Assembly (NCBI GenBank): GCA_973895155.1
Contig: OZ316893.1
Span: forward strand, 7,092,963 to 7,156,962
Source of the DNA: Marsupella aquatica
Lineage: Eukaryota > Plantae > Marchantiophyta
Length of the DNA stretch: 64,000 bases
Reading direction: 5' to 3'
In this document: piece after piece, positions 13,851 to 24,900 of the stretch
Layout of the letters: each line of letters begins with the position of its first letter
Numbering within the stretch: the stretch's first letter is position 1
Translations under genes and position numbers: made by a program
The notes under the pieces: generated by a model
Seen by the model: the letters and a program-made list of their open reading frames with translations, nothing else
What the model was told of the DNA's origin: nothing
The model's database searches: none

Positions 13851-14840
13851 AAGCCTGGGAGGTGACGTTGAGGTGATCAAAATTTTCGTGACGTGTTGGT
13901 GACGGTTTTTCCAGCGGTTAGAGTCAGTGGATTTTACGGAGTTTCGTCGCATGAAACTTGGAGGTGTTGGGCTCAACGGATAGATCGGGGCAAGGGCTAT
14001 CTAACGGTGTAAAGAAATCTTTGAACGGAGTTTGTGGTGCGAAAGAATTCATGTTTCCATCGTTCTGGATTTTTTATGATTCGTGTTTTACGGTTTTCTT
14101 TGACGGTTCTTTCGGGGGGGACCTGAGATCGTTTACTCAACGGTGTGAGATTTGCGATGGACGAGGGTGATGTCATGCCGAGGGACAGTGCCTCTTATGC
14201 ACATCAGCATGTCCCTCGCCTGCCCGCTAGGTATGTAGTTAGGGCTAGTGTACTACCTGAGTTAGCGACATGTTCTTGTAGCAAGTCTGAGCCGTTCTTG
14301 AAGCAAATGTGTTTGTTAGTGTGACGCCAGGACTTTGCTTGCTTAGGGCATGTCTTTCTTTGTGGGTTTTTCAGTTCTTCCTGAATCGCTGTGAGACAGA
14401 GTTTTTCAGAGGCTGCTCGTCGGTTCCGTACACGGAATTCACACAGTGATTCGTTAGATACTCCCGGCCGATCTTGGCATCTCGCCGGTTTTCAATTCAA
14501 TTTCAGTACGTTTGTTTCTATCACGCCTTTTATTCAAGAAGAACTCTGATGAGGGAAAAAAGATCGGAGACGCTGTGCTTCTCAATTGCTCGAGATAATT
14601 GACATTTTTCCGTTGATGCCGGTGCAATTTCTATGGAAAAACGTTGAGCGATGGGGTGGAAGTTATGGCTTGTGTGTATACACTTAAGTATATACACTTA
14701 AGTCAAACAGGCCCCCCCTCCCTCTTTTCCTTCGCGCTTTGCTTTCAGGGTTTTTCATTTCCGGCCGCTACCAACTGCTGTTTCAGCGCCTGCCATGACC
14801 TTTTTTTGGACCGTTTTTCGGTGTTCCCCGGCCAATTTCC

Positions 14841-14951
14841 GTCGCGAGCTGTTCCCCGGCCGCGACCCCTTTTTCTTTACTCGGCCTGCCGTCGCGAGCT
14901 GTTCCCCGGCCGCGACCCCTTTTTCTTTACTCGGCCTGCCGTCGCGAGCTG
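14841..14951. repeat. 50-bp perfect tandem duplication
   Basis: gtcgcgagctgttccccggccgcgacccctttttctttactcggcctgcc twice, plus a partial third copy. Confidence 0.9.
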
Positions 14952-15050
14952 CTTCTGGTCCGGCAGCTACCCTGTCGGAGTGCTTGTGTATACACACATT
15001 CGGGGCCCATCAATGCCCCTGGGCTCGCTCCTTTCACTCCGCCTTACGCA

Positions 15051-15451
15051 CATAGGGCATTGTGCCCTGGTCTTAATAGAGTTGTTGGTAGGAGGGGGAG
15101 CCGAGCACGAGGCAGCGCGAGGCGAGGAGGGGGCACGAAGCCCTATGAGGAATTAAAGAGGGGGAGGGGAGTTAAGTCGACTCCCTTCTCGGGAGTACAT
15201 ACGACTCCCTCCTCGGGAGTTTCTGCCAGGGGCACAAGGCCCTATGAGGGATTTAAAGCCAGGAGGAGGGGAGCGAGAGTGCAAGGAGTGGGCACGAGGC
15301 CCTATGCTGCAATAAAAGGAGGCAAGGAGGGGGAGCGAGAGTGCCAGGAGAGGGCACAAGGCCCTAAGCTACATTAAAGGAGGGGAGGGGAGTTCAATTC
15401 GAACTCCCTCACACGGGAGTACTTAGGCCTGCCAGGGCACGAAGCCCCAAG
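15051..15451 (+). repeat. Left subterminal array of the 17-bp motif GGGCACAAGGCCCTATG
   Basis: One reverse copy at 15051, then forward copies at 15131, 15230, 15290, 15352 and 15435, mostly followed by TTAAA and a G-rich tract. Confidence 0.85.
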
Positions 15452-16244
15452 GAGGCTTCGGGAGCTCATAAGGAGGGGGGAGGGGGGTATAAAGCCCTAT
15501 GCACAGGGCTCATTTCTTTTTCTTCGCCTCACTCTTCCCATTTTCTTTTCGCCTTTTTCGGCTTGTCTCGTTTTTTTCGCTGCACGACGATCGACCTGTT
15601 TCCATCTCTCGGGTCCACATCGGGCTGATGTGTATACACTTCAGATCCTATGTCCCACTTGGCCCGATTTTCTTTTCCTGCTGACGCGCGCCTCTTTGGT
15701 TTTCCTTTTCCTACCAGTTTTTGGGTCCACATAGGGGCCCGATGTATACACTTAAGGGAGGGCCACTTCTAGTTTCTTTTCCCGGATTTCTTTATTGCCG
15801 CCAACATTAGGCCTTTCCCGCGTTTTTAAGGGGCTTTTCTTTGCCGACAATTTTTCTTTGTGACCGTTTTTCTGTGTGTTTACACATTCAACACATTGCT
15901 GCCTTGCACCGTTTGTTTCCTTTGTGGGTTTCATTTCCTAGCCTTGGGGCTGCCACTTCTTTTTCTTGTCAGTTTCTTTCCCATTGGCACCCCAAGTGAG
16001 CATGCAGCATGTCAGCAGAGGAGCCGACTCGTAGCAGCTCATTGCCACCAACACCCAGGTACCACTTGCGGAGTGATCCACGACCGTTGGTGCCAATTTC
16101 ATTGGAATCTCAGCAATTTCGACGACGTCCGCAGACAGCAGCAGCACCCACACCACGCAATCCTCCTGCTACATTTGGCGGTCGCTTCACCACTACTCCG
16201 AAGCCTGCTATCACTGTTGGGTATTTACTCTTACGTCTAGGTTA

Positions 16245-16358
16245 GGTATGACGTGGTTGGTACAACAACGTGGGTTGGTACAACTACGTGGTTAGGTACA
16301 ACTACGTGATTAGGTACAACTATGTGGTTAGGTACAACTACGTGGTTAGGTACAACTA
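16245..16358 (+). repeat. 18-bp tandem array with ACGTG(G) cores in the Copia B LTR U3
   Basis: About six copies of ggtacaactacgtggtta. The identical array is at ~20679-20792. Confidence 0.85.
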
Positions 16359-16577
16359 AGTTGCACACTATATCATAAGAGGCATGTGTGCTTGGAGAGG
16401 TAGAACCAAGGCTCATTGTTATGGAGCCACTTGAGAGATAGGGAGAGCTTACACTGTGGAGACTCGGTATAGCCGACGGGCTTAGAGTTCAGTAAAGCTC
16501 TCTTGTGTGTTCCCGTGGACGTAGTCTCAAGGAGGTGAACCACGTATCTCTTGTGTCGACTATTGTGCGTTGGATGG

Positions 16578-19500
16578 AGCAAGTATCACCGCAAGGAGTT
16601 GTCAAACCGGCTCTACACTTCCTACAAACTGATGAGTTTCAGGATGAAGGAATCTGGTACAAAGTTGCAAGACCATGTGGATGCTTTCAACGACATGGTC
16701 GTTGACTTGAAAAAACCTTGGAGAGACTTTGAATGATGAGACGAAGGCTCTGCAGCTTCTTAGTTCATTGCCTCCATCTTACCAGTCCCTATCACGAGTG
16801 TTGTTGCATCGTGATAGGGATACCATTTCATACAATGACGTGGTAAGTTCTCTGCTTAGTGATGATCTTTAGCAGAAGATGCACATCACGTCATAGCCTT
16901 CATCATCTGGTGTTGCCCTCAATGTTAACCGTGGGAGGAGTATGCAACGACCAACTGGGGACCGTAGAACCCAGTTTAGATCTAAATCCAGATCTAAGTC
17001 CAAGGGTAAATCCCCTCAGAGGAGGCAGGTGACATGTTGGAAGTGCAACCAAGTTGGACACTTCAAGCGAGACTGTAAGGGAAAGGCAGCGGAAACTTCA
17101 TCGGCAAATGTGGCTAGGGCTGATGGAGAAGCTGATTTACTCAATGATGAGTATGTTTTATGAAGCCGGGGGTATGCCCTGTGCACGTCATCTAGGAGAG
17201 CAGATGATGTGTGGATTCTTGATTGTGCTTGCTCTTTTCATATTTGTTACATTCGTGAGTTTTTCAGTTCTTACTCTGTTTCAAACGGTTCAATTCTGAT
17301 GGGAAATGATCACTCCTGTCAAATTGAGGGAATTGGGTCTGTGAAGATTCAAATGTTTGATGGCGCTGTGCGCACAATGTCCGGAGTCAGGTATGTATCT
17401 GGCATGCGTAAGAATCTGATTTCACTCAGTGTGTTGGATTCAAATGGTCATCAATGGAGCGTTATTGATGGTGAACTTCAAGTCAGGTCGGGAGAGACAG
17501 TGATTTTAAAGGGAAGTAGACAAAAGAATTTGTATGTGTTACAGGGCAATACTGTATGTGGAGAGGCCAATGTAACCAAGTCTCATGAGGAGATGACTCA
17601 ACTGTGGCATTCACGACTAGGCCACATGACTGAGAAGGGTTTGGCTATCTTACGAAAGAATGGACTCATTTCTGATTTGCAATCTTGTAAATTAGAGTTT
17701 TGTGAGCATTGCATTCTTGGAAAGCAGCATCGTCGTGCTTTTGGTGTTGGAACTCATCGTTCCAAAGCGGTTCTTGAGTACATACATAGTGACGTGTGGG
17801 GTCCATCCTCGACTCCCTCACACTCTGGAAAGTTGTACTATGTATCATTTATTGATGATTACTCAAGATTTGTGTGGATTTATTTCATGACGCATAAGTC
17901 TGATGTCTTGTCCATTTTTAAGAAGTGGAAGGCCTAGGTGGAGAATCAGACTGGAAACAAGATCAAGTGTTTGGATACAAGGGTGAAGAGTCTGAGGTCA
18001 GACAACGGCGGGGAGTACACTTCAATGGAATTTGAAGAGTACTGTTCAGAATAGGGGATAACTCGCCATCTCACCACAGTTTATACTCCGCAGCAGAATG
18101 GTGTCGTTGAGAGGCTCAATCGGACACTATTGGAGCGGTCACGGAGTATGTTGAGCCAATCAGGTTTACCACAAGAATTTTGGGCAGAAGCTGTCAATAC
18201 CGCAGCTTATTTGGTAAATCTTTCTCCTTCTAGTGCTATCAATTTCAAAACGCCGTTTGAGATGCGCTATAAGCGGCAAGCAGACTATCATGGCTTGGTA
18301 GTTTTTGGAAGTGATGCATATGCTCTCACACCGAAGCATAATAGGACCAAGTTGGATCCTACCTCCAAGAAATGTGTTTTTCTTGGGTACCAGAGTGGTG
18401 TGAAAGCCTATAGGCTATTGGATCCTATTGCCTGTAATCTCATTGTCAGTAGGGATGTTTCCTTCAATGAATCCAGATTATTGAAGGAGGGGGAGAATAC
18501 TCATGTCTCCCGTACTGACAAAGGAAAATATCTTATCCCAGATCTCGTTGAGGGGGAGATTGGTTATGAGGTGCATGACCGGAGAGAAGGAGTTGCTCCA
18601 ATTATGGAGCTGGTTCCTGTGCCAGAGGAACCAGAGGAGTTTGTTGATGCTGGTGAGCAGCAAGTGGATGTTGGTGAGCAGCAAGTGGATGCTGTTGAGC
18701 TTCAAATTGTACCAGCACACGCAGATCAACCGGAGTCATCGGCTAGAAGAACATCTGGTCGCACTGTACGCGCTCCACCAAGGTATGGACAGTGGATTGA
18801 TTCATCTCAACTGCAAGAGGATGATTTTGCAAGTGATGATGAGGGTGATGCGTTAATTTTGGAAGAAGGGGAACCTTCTTCATTTCATGAGGCAAGTGCT
18901 TCAAAGGAGAAGCAGAAGTGGACTGCAACAATGCAAACGGAGATGCAGTCACTAAAGGACAACAAAACTTGGGAGCTTGTTAAGCTGCCTAAGGGTCAGC
19001 AAGTGATGGACAGCAAGTGGATTTACAAGCTGAAGGATAATTCCATAGGAGGTGGATCAAAGGTCTACAAGGCTAGGTTGGTAGCAAAGGGATTCACACA
19101 AGAGAAAGGTGTGGATTACAATGAGGTCTTCTCACCAGTTGCTAAGTACTCTACAATACGACTATTATGTGTACTTGTTGTAATGTTTGGTCTGCTGCTA
19201 GATCAAATAGATGTTGTCACAGCTTTCCTCTATGGCACATTGGAAGAGGTGATCTTCATGAGACAACCGCTAGGTTTTGTGAAGAGAGGACAGGAGGAAT
19301 TGGTTTGCAGATTGCTGAAATCCTTGTATGGGTTGAAGCAGTCATCAAGATAGTGGAACAAGCGGTTTGACGATTGGATTCGGTCACAAGGTTTTCACAG
19401 AAGTGTATTTGACCCTTTGTGTGTATTTGAAACCGGTAAAGAATGTTATCTTTGGGTTCATTGTTTTAGTACTTTATGTGGATGATATGCTAATTGCAGC

Positions 19501-20458
19501 CAAGGATAGGTCTGAGATTGTTAAGCTCAAGGCACTACTTAGTGCAGAGTTTAAGATGAAGGACTTAGGGCCAGCTAAGAGGATTTTGGGTATGGAGATC
19601 ACTAGGGACTTGGAGGCTGGCAAGCTATGGTTGACGCAGAGCAGTTATGCGAGGAAGGTAATTGCAAGGTTCAACATGGGGAATAGCAAGCCAGTAAGTA
19701 CCCCGTTGGCTCCACACTTCAAGTTATCATCAGCGTTCTATCCTACGGATGACACAGAGAAGGGGTTGATGTCAAAGGTTCCGTATGACAAGGCAGTGGG
19801 GAGTCTCATGTATTTGATGACTTGCACTAGACCTGATCTTGCCATGACTATGGGCAAGGTAAGCAGGTACATGTCGAATCCAGGGAAGGTACACTGAGAA
19901 GCAGTGAAGTGGATTATCAGGTACTTGAAAGGTACCATGGATCATGGTCTTTTATTTGATGCGAATGCAAAGAATGCTAAATCATTGATTGGCTATGTTG
20001 ATTCTGACTATGGACAAGATTTGGACCGAAGGAGATCAACAACAGGATACGTGTTCACACTTGGCGGTGGATGCATAAGTTGGAGATCTACTTTGCAGAA
20101 GTGTATTGCTCAGTCTACTACAGAAGCGGAGTATGTTGCAGCTACGGAAGCAGCAAAGGAAGCGATTTGGTTGGATAGACTTATCACTGAAATGGGATTG
20201 CCACAGGGGAATGTGAAGCTCCATTGTGATAGTCAAAGTGCGCTCCACCTTGCTGTGAACCAGGTGATGGACAACAGAGTGAAGCACATTGACGTCAGGT
20301 ACCATTTTATCAGGCAGGCTGTGTCTGATAATTTGTTTGAGCTAGTCAAGATTGATGGTAAACTCAACCCGGCTGACGCATTTACCAAAGTGATTCCTTT
20401 GGCGAGTTTCTCTAGACACCGTGACGTATTGCAGGTTTTGCAATTGCATCACAAGTAG
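16578..20458 (+). pseudogene. Copia B gag-pol (gag remnant, PR, INT, RT, RNase H)
   Basis: CWKCNQVGHFKRDC, WILDCAC, WHSRLGH..CEHC, HSDVWGP, YKARLVAKG, YVDD, STTEAEY. Several stops and one frameshift near 19415. Confidence 0.93.
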
Positions 20459-20648
20459 AGTTTTCTTAACATTCATTGTAATTACTGATATATGCTCTTC
20501 CTCATTCCTATGTATTAGGCTACGGCTTAGTTCTGGTTTGCTCTAGTTAGAGAGGGAAACCGGTTTGGTTTTTGTCCAGAACTTCCCGCTGAGGGATCAT
20601 ATACATTGGCAGTATTACTCTCCCCTAGACCAGAGTCAAGGGGAAGAT

Positions 20649-21051
20649 TGTTGGGTATTTACTCTTACGTCTAGGTTAGGTATGACGTGGTTGGTACAAC
20701 AACGTGGGTTGGTACAACTACGTGGTTAGGTACAACTACGTGATTAGGTACAACTATGTGGTTAGGTACAACTACGTGGTTAGGTACAACTAAGTTGCAC
20801 ACTATATCATAAGAGGCATGTGTGCTTGGAGAGGTAGAACCAAGGCTCATTGTTATGGAGCCACTTGAGAGATAGAAAGAGCTTACACTGTGGAGACTCG
20901 GTATAGCCGACGGGCTTAGAGTTCAGTAAAGCTCTCTTGTGTATTCCCGTGGACGTAGCCTCAAGGAGGTGAACCACGTATCTCTTGTGTCGACTATTGT
21001 GCGTTGGATGGTTCATGGGCTTGCCGTTGCGATTGTCGTCTATGCTCAACA
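20649..21051 (+). repeat. Copia B 3' LTR
   Basis: Follows the PPT, ends caaca, followed by the TSD. Confidence 0.95.
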
Positions 21052-23969
21052 ATCACTTCGTTGCCATTTACCCCTTCTGCATCAGTGGTTGTTCCTGCTT
21101 CACCGACATACAGCATGGATGCCAGCCACTCATCTGGCCGCATTGAGCGCTTCAGCGAGCGGCCAGGCACTGTCTCTTTACGTGAGTTCAAATCCACTTT
21201 CTACACTGTCGTTTACGAATTGGAGTTGAAGTACGGCAGCAATTTCACAAATGCGTTTGCATTTAAGCAGCTAGCCAGGTATGTACACCATGAGGCTTTA
21301 GATGTGTATGAGCAGCACTCTCAACGGCTGCTTGCTGTCACACAGTTGCCTAACCCTACCTATGCCAGTGCAATTGCGGCAACTTCACAATTGGCCTTAC
21401 AAAATGCCATTGCAGCCCATGCTGCTGCTCCTGCCACTTCCCCTCCTACTCCAGTTCCTACCACTGCGCCAGTTACTCCCACTGTCTTGGCACAGGCTAC
21501 ATCAGGCATTTCTCCCACCATTGATTCTCTTGCCTTTGCTGATCCAGTGGCTGAGTTTTTCCAGGTTCTTGAATTGGAATTCCCAATCAAGAGTGCTGAC
21601 AAAATCATGCAGTTGGCGACCTTTGTGAGGCAGCGTGATGAAACATTGAAGATGATGTATTGCCGACTTCTCAAGCTGAAGGAGGACACCCAGAGCATCA
21701 CTGACTTGGAAGCTGCTCATCGTTATCTTCGCGCATTGGAGGGCACACCAGCTCTCCATTCACAAGTATTGCAGCAAGTATTCTTAGAGTTTGGGGATAG
21801 CTACACACTGCTCAATGTCTATGACACTACTGAGAAACTTGAGTTGGCCCATGCACATTATGAGGCCAGTATTGCGCGTCCACCGCGATCCAGGTACCAG
21901 GCTGCTGCCCCTCCACTGGCCACTCTTTCTCGTGTGCCACAGTATGGTTCCAAGACCAAGCCAGCACATGCTGCTTTCATGCTGCCATCCTACAACTACT
22001 GTGGTAACCCCAATCACAAGGCTAATGAGTGTGATATTGTTGCTGAGGACCTGTCTTATGATTTTTGCGGAAAAGTGGGTCACTTGGAGGTAGTTTGTTT
22101 TGCCAAATTCCCAGAGAGGAAGCAGCTACGACAGCAGGCCCCTCATCCTGCTCCTGCTTCCACTCCCCCCCCAGCTAGGAGGGCTCCTACTGCATCCACT
22201 GCTCCTCCTTCCAGTGGCAAAGCACCCGGTGCTAACAAATTGCCCAAGCAGCCACAGAAGCAACCAGCTCAGAAGGAGGCTCACAATGCACAGGCAACTC
22301 AACTCCAGTCTCTGACTCATGAGATTGAGTCCTTACGTGCCCAACTTGCCAACATCAAAGGCAAGTCCACTGCCTCTGCTGGTCCTTCTCAACCGGCTGG
22401 TCACGTGCAACCCATCCTTGGCCCAGGCACCGCTGATAGTTCAGCACCTCTACCCCACTCTTTCTATGGCTTACCATTTGATGCTCATATGGGTGAGTGT
22501 GTGCTGTCCTCTGCTACACAGCCTGGCCTTACAGCAGAATTTTCAGATTCATTCTGCCCTTCCTATTTTGCTTACCAGCAGGCCAGTGCTGCCTCCCGTA
22601 TTGCTCCCACCCGCCGCATTGTACAGGCTGATGGTCTTGCTGCTGGTCCTATGACTAGAGCCAGGGAACTCGGGCTGTCATGCCCCAATCTTTTCAGCCC
22701 CTCACACTTGCTGAAGAGCGGACCTTGTTGGCGAGGGGGGAGGGAGCTGCAGCTACATCCATTCCACCACCAGGTGCTGCTGACATTTCACAGGGAGTTG
22801 TTTCTCTTGAGGTACTTGAGCATTTCACCTCCGGTATGGCACAAAGGATTCTTACAACTCCACTTTTTAGTTGCCATGATTTATAGCTGGATGCTAGAGC
22901 TATCATCAGAGCGCTAGAGGGCTCACTGCATTCTTCATCAGCCCCTATGACACCGGTTTTGGAGGTCCAATCTCATGTATATACTGGACCTTCTTCTTCT
23001 TCATTGCATGCTTCCACTAGTTTGGCTATCCCAGTACCGATTTCCAATGGTAGAGATGACAGTATTGTTGCAGATTGTGTGACCAGAGCTACACTGGATT
23101 CTGGTCATGCTGCTTCATCTTTCTTGGCTATGCTGTTGAGTGGGAAGACCGTGGACACTAACTCCCTTCACAAGGTACCTCATCATTTGCCAAAAGTGGT
23201 GCCTAGTGACAGGACTTTAGTTTCCACCACCATTGCCATTGTTGACAATAGGAATTCAGCAGTCAAGTTGGAGGGTCACACTCCTCAGGTGGTCATGCTA
23301 GACATAGGCGCTCAACCAGTAATCTTGGGCATTCAGTTTGCCAAGAAGATGGGACTGTTGACTGATCATTTACAGCAATCCAGGTGGCACATTCGGACTG
23401 CTAGTGGCACTGTGGAGGATGTGCTGGGTGAGAGTTCTACTTTACTTACTCTCACTTTTAATGGAGGTACAGATCAGGAACTGCATTTCCCAGTCAGATG
23501 TTTCGTTACCAATGCCACTACGTATGATGTGCTCATTGGCCAAGAGGCTTTGTTCCCACCAGGTTTTACCATTGACAATTGGCATGAGCATGCATACTAC
23601 AGAGTTGATTGGCATACGGATGGCTCACACTTGGGATACATTCCACTTGATTTGCATGGTGCCCATACCCCTATGGCTCACCACTCTGTGTTGAAAGCAG
23701 TGCACATAGCTACCTATGTCAATCACCCATTGCAAGATTGGATTGAGGAGGATGACGATGAGGTGGCTGCTGCATATGCTGCTGCACGTATAGCAGCACT
23801 TTCCAGCAACGTGGATCATCAACCAGAGGTGGTACAACGGCTCCAAGCAGCCCATGGACCTTTGGTGGCTGCATTGCACAAGTTTGAAGACCTTGGGCAG
23901 CACAATGGACAGCCAATAGCCCCAATCTTGAGCGCACCAGTTAAATGGACTCCTCCTTCAGATGGCCTT

Positions 23970-24900
23970 ACATTGCTTGAGCTTTTTGGTGGCATTTCTA
24001 TAGGCCTGGAAGCTCTCCTACAGTCTGGCATGGTGGTGAAGCAGTACATCTATGTGGACATTGATCCAAGTGCAAGGCAAGTGGCTGAATCCCGTCTGCT
24101 GGAATTTTCCGAGCGATTTCCCCAGCAGTTTCCACATAGTGCATGGAAGTCTGCATTTTCTTTCTTCCCTCCAGACATCCAGCTTGTCCAGCACCGACAC
24201 TTAACCCTTCTTGGCTCCCTTGATTTGATCATAGCTGGTTGGGAATGCCAAGGGTTTTCAGCTGCTGGTCACGGTGTTGGACTGCATGATTCTCGTTCTG
24301 GCCTTTTCACAGCATTGGTTCAGATTCTCACCTGGGCTCAATCCCTTTATCCTGCTGTTGGTTATATCATTGAGAATACTCCATCTCAGTTTGACCAGCG
24401 TCCACAGGTCAAAGAGGATTTTAGTGTGGTCCAACACTACTTGGGACCACCCCTTCTCATTGATGCAGTGCACTGTGGTTCTTATGCACATCGTCTTTGT
24501 AACTTTTGGACTAACCTTGCACCACCTTCCTTGTTGGAGTTAGCTCTTCACCACACATCCAGGGACACTAACCTCACAGTGGACCAGATTTTGGATCCTG
24601 ACAGTTCTTGCCAACCGGTTACACGGCAAGAGCCAGCACCTTGGTATCCAGCTAATACCATTGGACAGCCCCGTGCTGCTTGGCCTACATTTGTGTCCTT
24701 TCCAGGTGCACATGCTTTTCAGGGTGATGGTCCTGGCCTGGTTTATCGACATTCTACCGGTACATGGGATGAACCTAGTCCTGAGGAGAGAGAACGGGCT
24801 ATGGGCTTCCAACCCGGTACTACAGGTCACACCAAAATCACCAGGCTGGCCAGGACTGCTTTACTTGGCAAGGTAATGGATCTTAATGCTCTCACTTGGC
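23970..24900 (+). other. C5 cytosine DNA methyltransferase domain inside pol
   Basis: Motifs in canonical order: I LLELFGGISIG, II YVDID, IV DLIIAGWECQGFS, VI IIENT, VIII HRLCNFWTN, IX ERERAMGF, X LLGKVMD. Confidence 0.9.

Larger units (their letters stand above)
16215..21051 (+). mobile_element. Ty1/Copia LTR retrotransposon B (internally deleted)
   Basis: 3' LTR 20649-21051 (403 bp, TG...CA). 5' LTR 16215-16577 is truncated (4 differences in 363 bp). Perfect TSD atcac (16210-16214 / 21052-21056). PPT ~20632-20647. Confidence 0.95.
16009..22670 (+). pseudogene. gag of the DNMT-Gypsy element, split by Copia B
   Basis: ORF 16009 (…KPAIT) rejoins in frame with the 21004 ORF (SLPFTPSAS…) across the atcac TSD. 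Two CCHC-type zinc knuckles at ~21991-22098 each have the first Cys replaced by Tyr. The frame shifts -1 into the pol frame near 22664. Confidence 0.85.

Noticed and set aside
14178-14230. Helitron 3' end (hairpin followed by CTAG)
   Set aside because: Not followed by T, no 5' TC partner identified and no Rep/helicase.
14231-15983. 5' LTR for the Gypsy element ending in CA before the PBS-like site
   Set aside because: No matching copy after the integrase; only short diverged patches are shared.
21004-21056. N-terminus of the 637-aa ORF as the true gag start
   Set aside because: These codons come from the Copia B LTR. The real start is at 16009.
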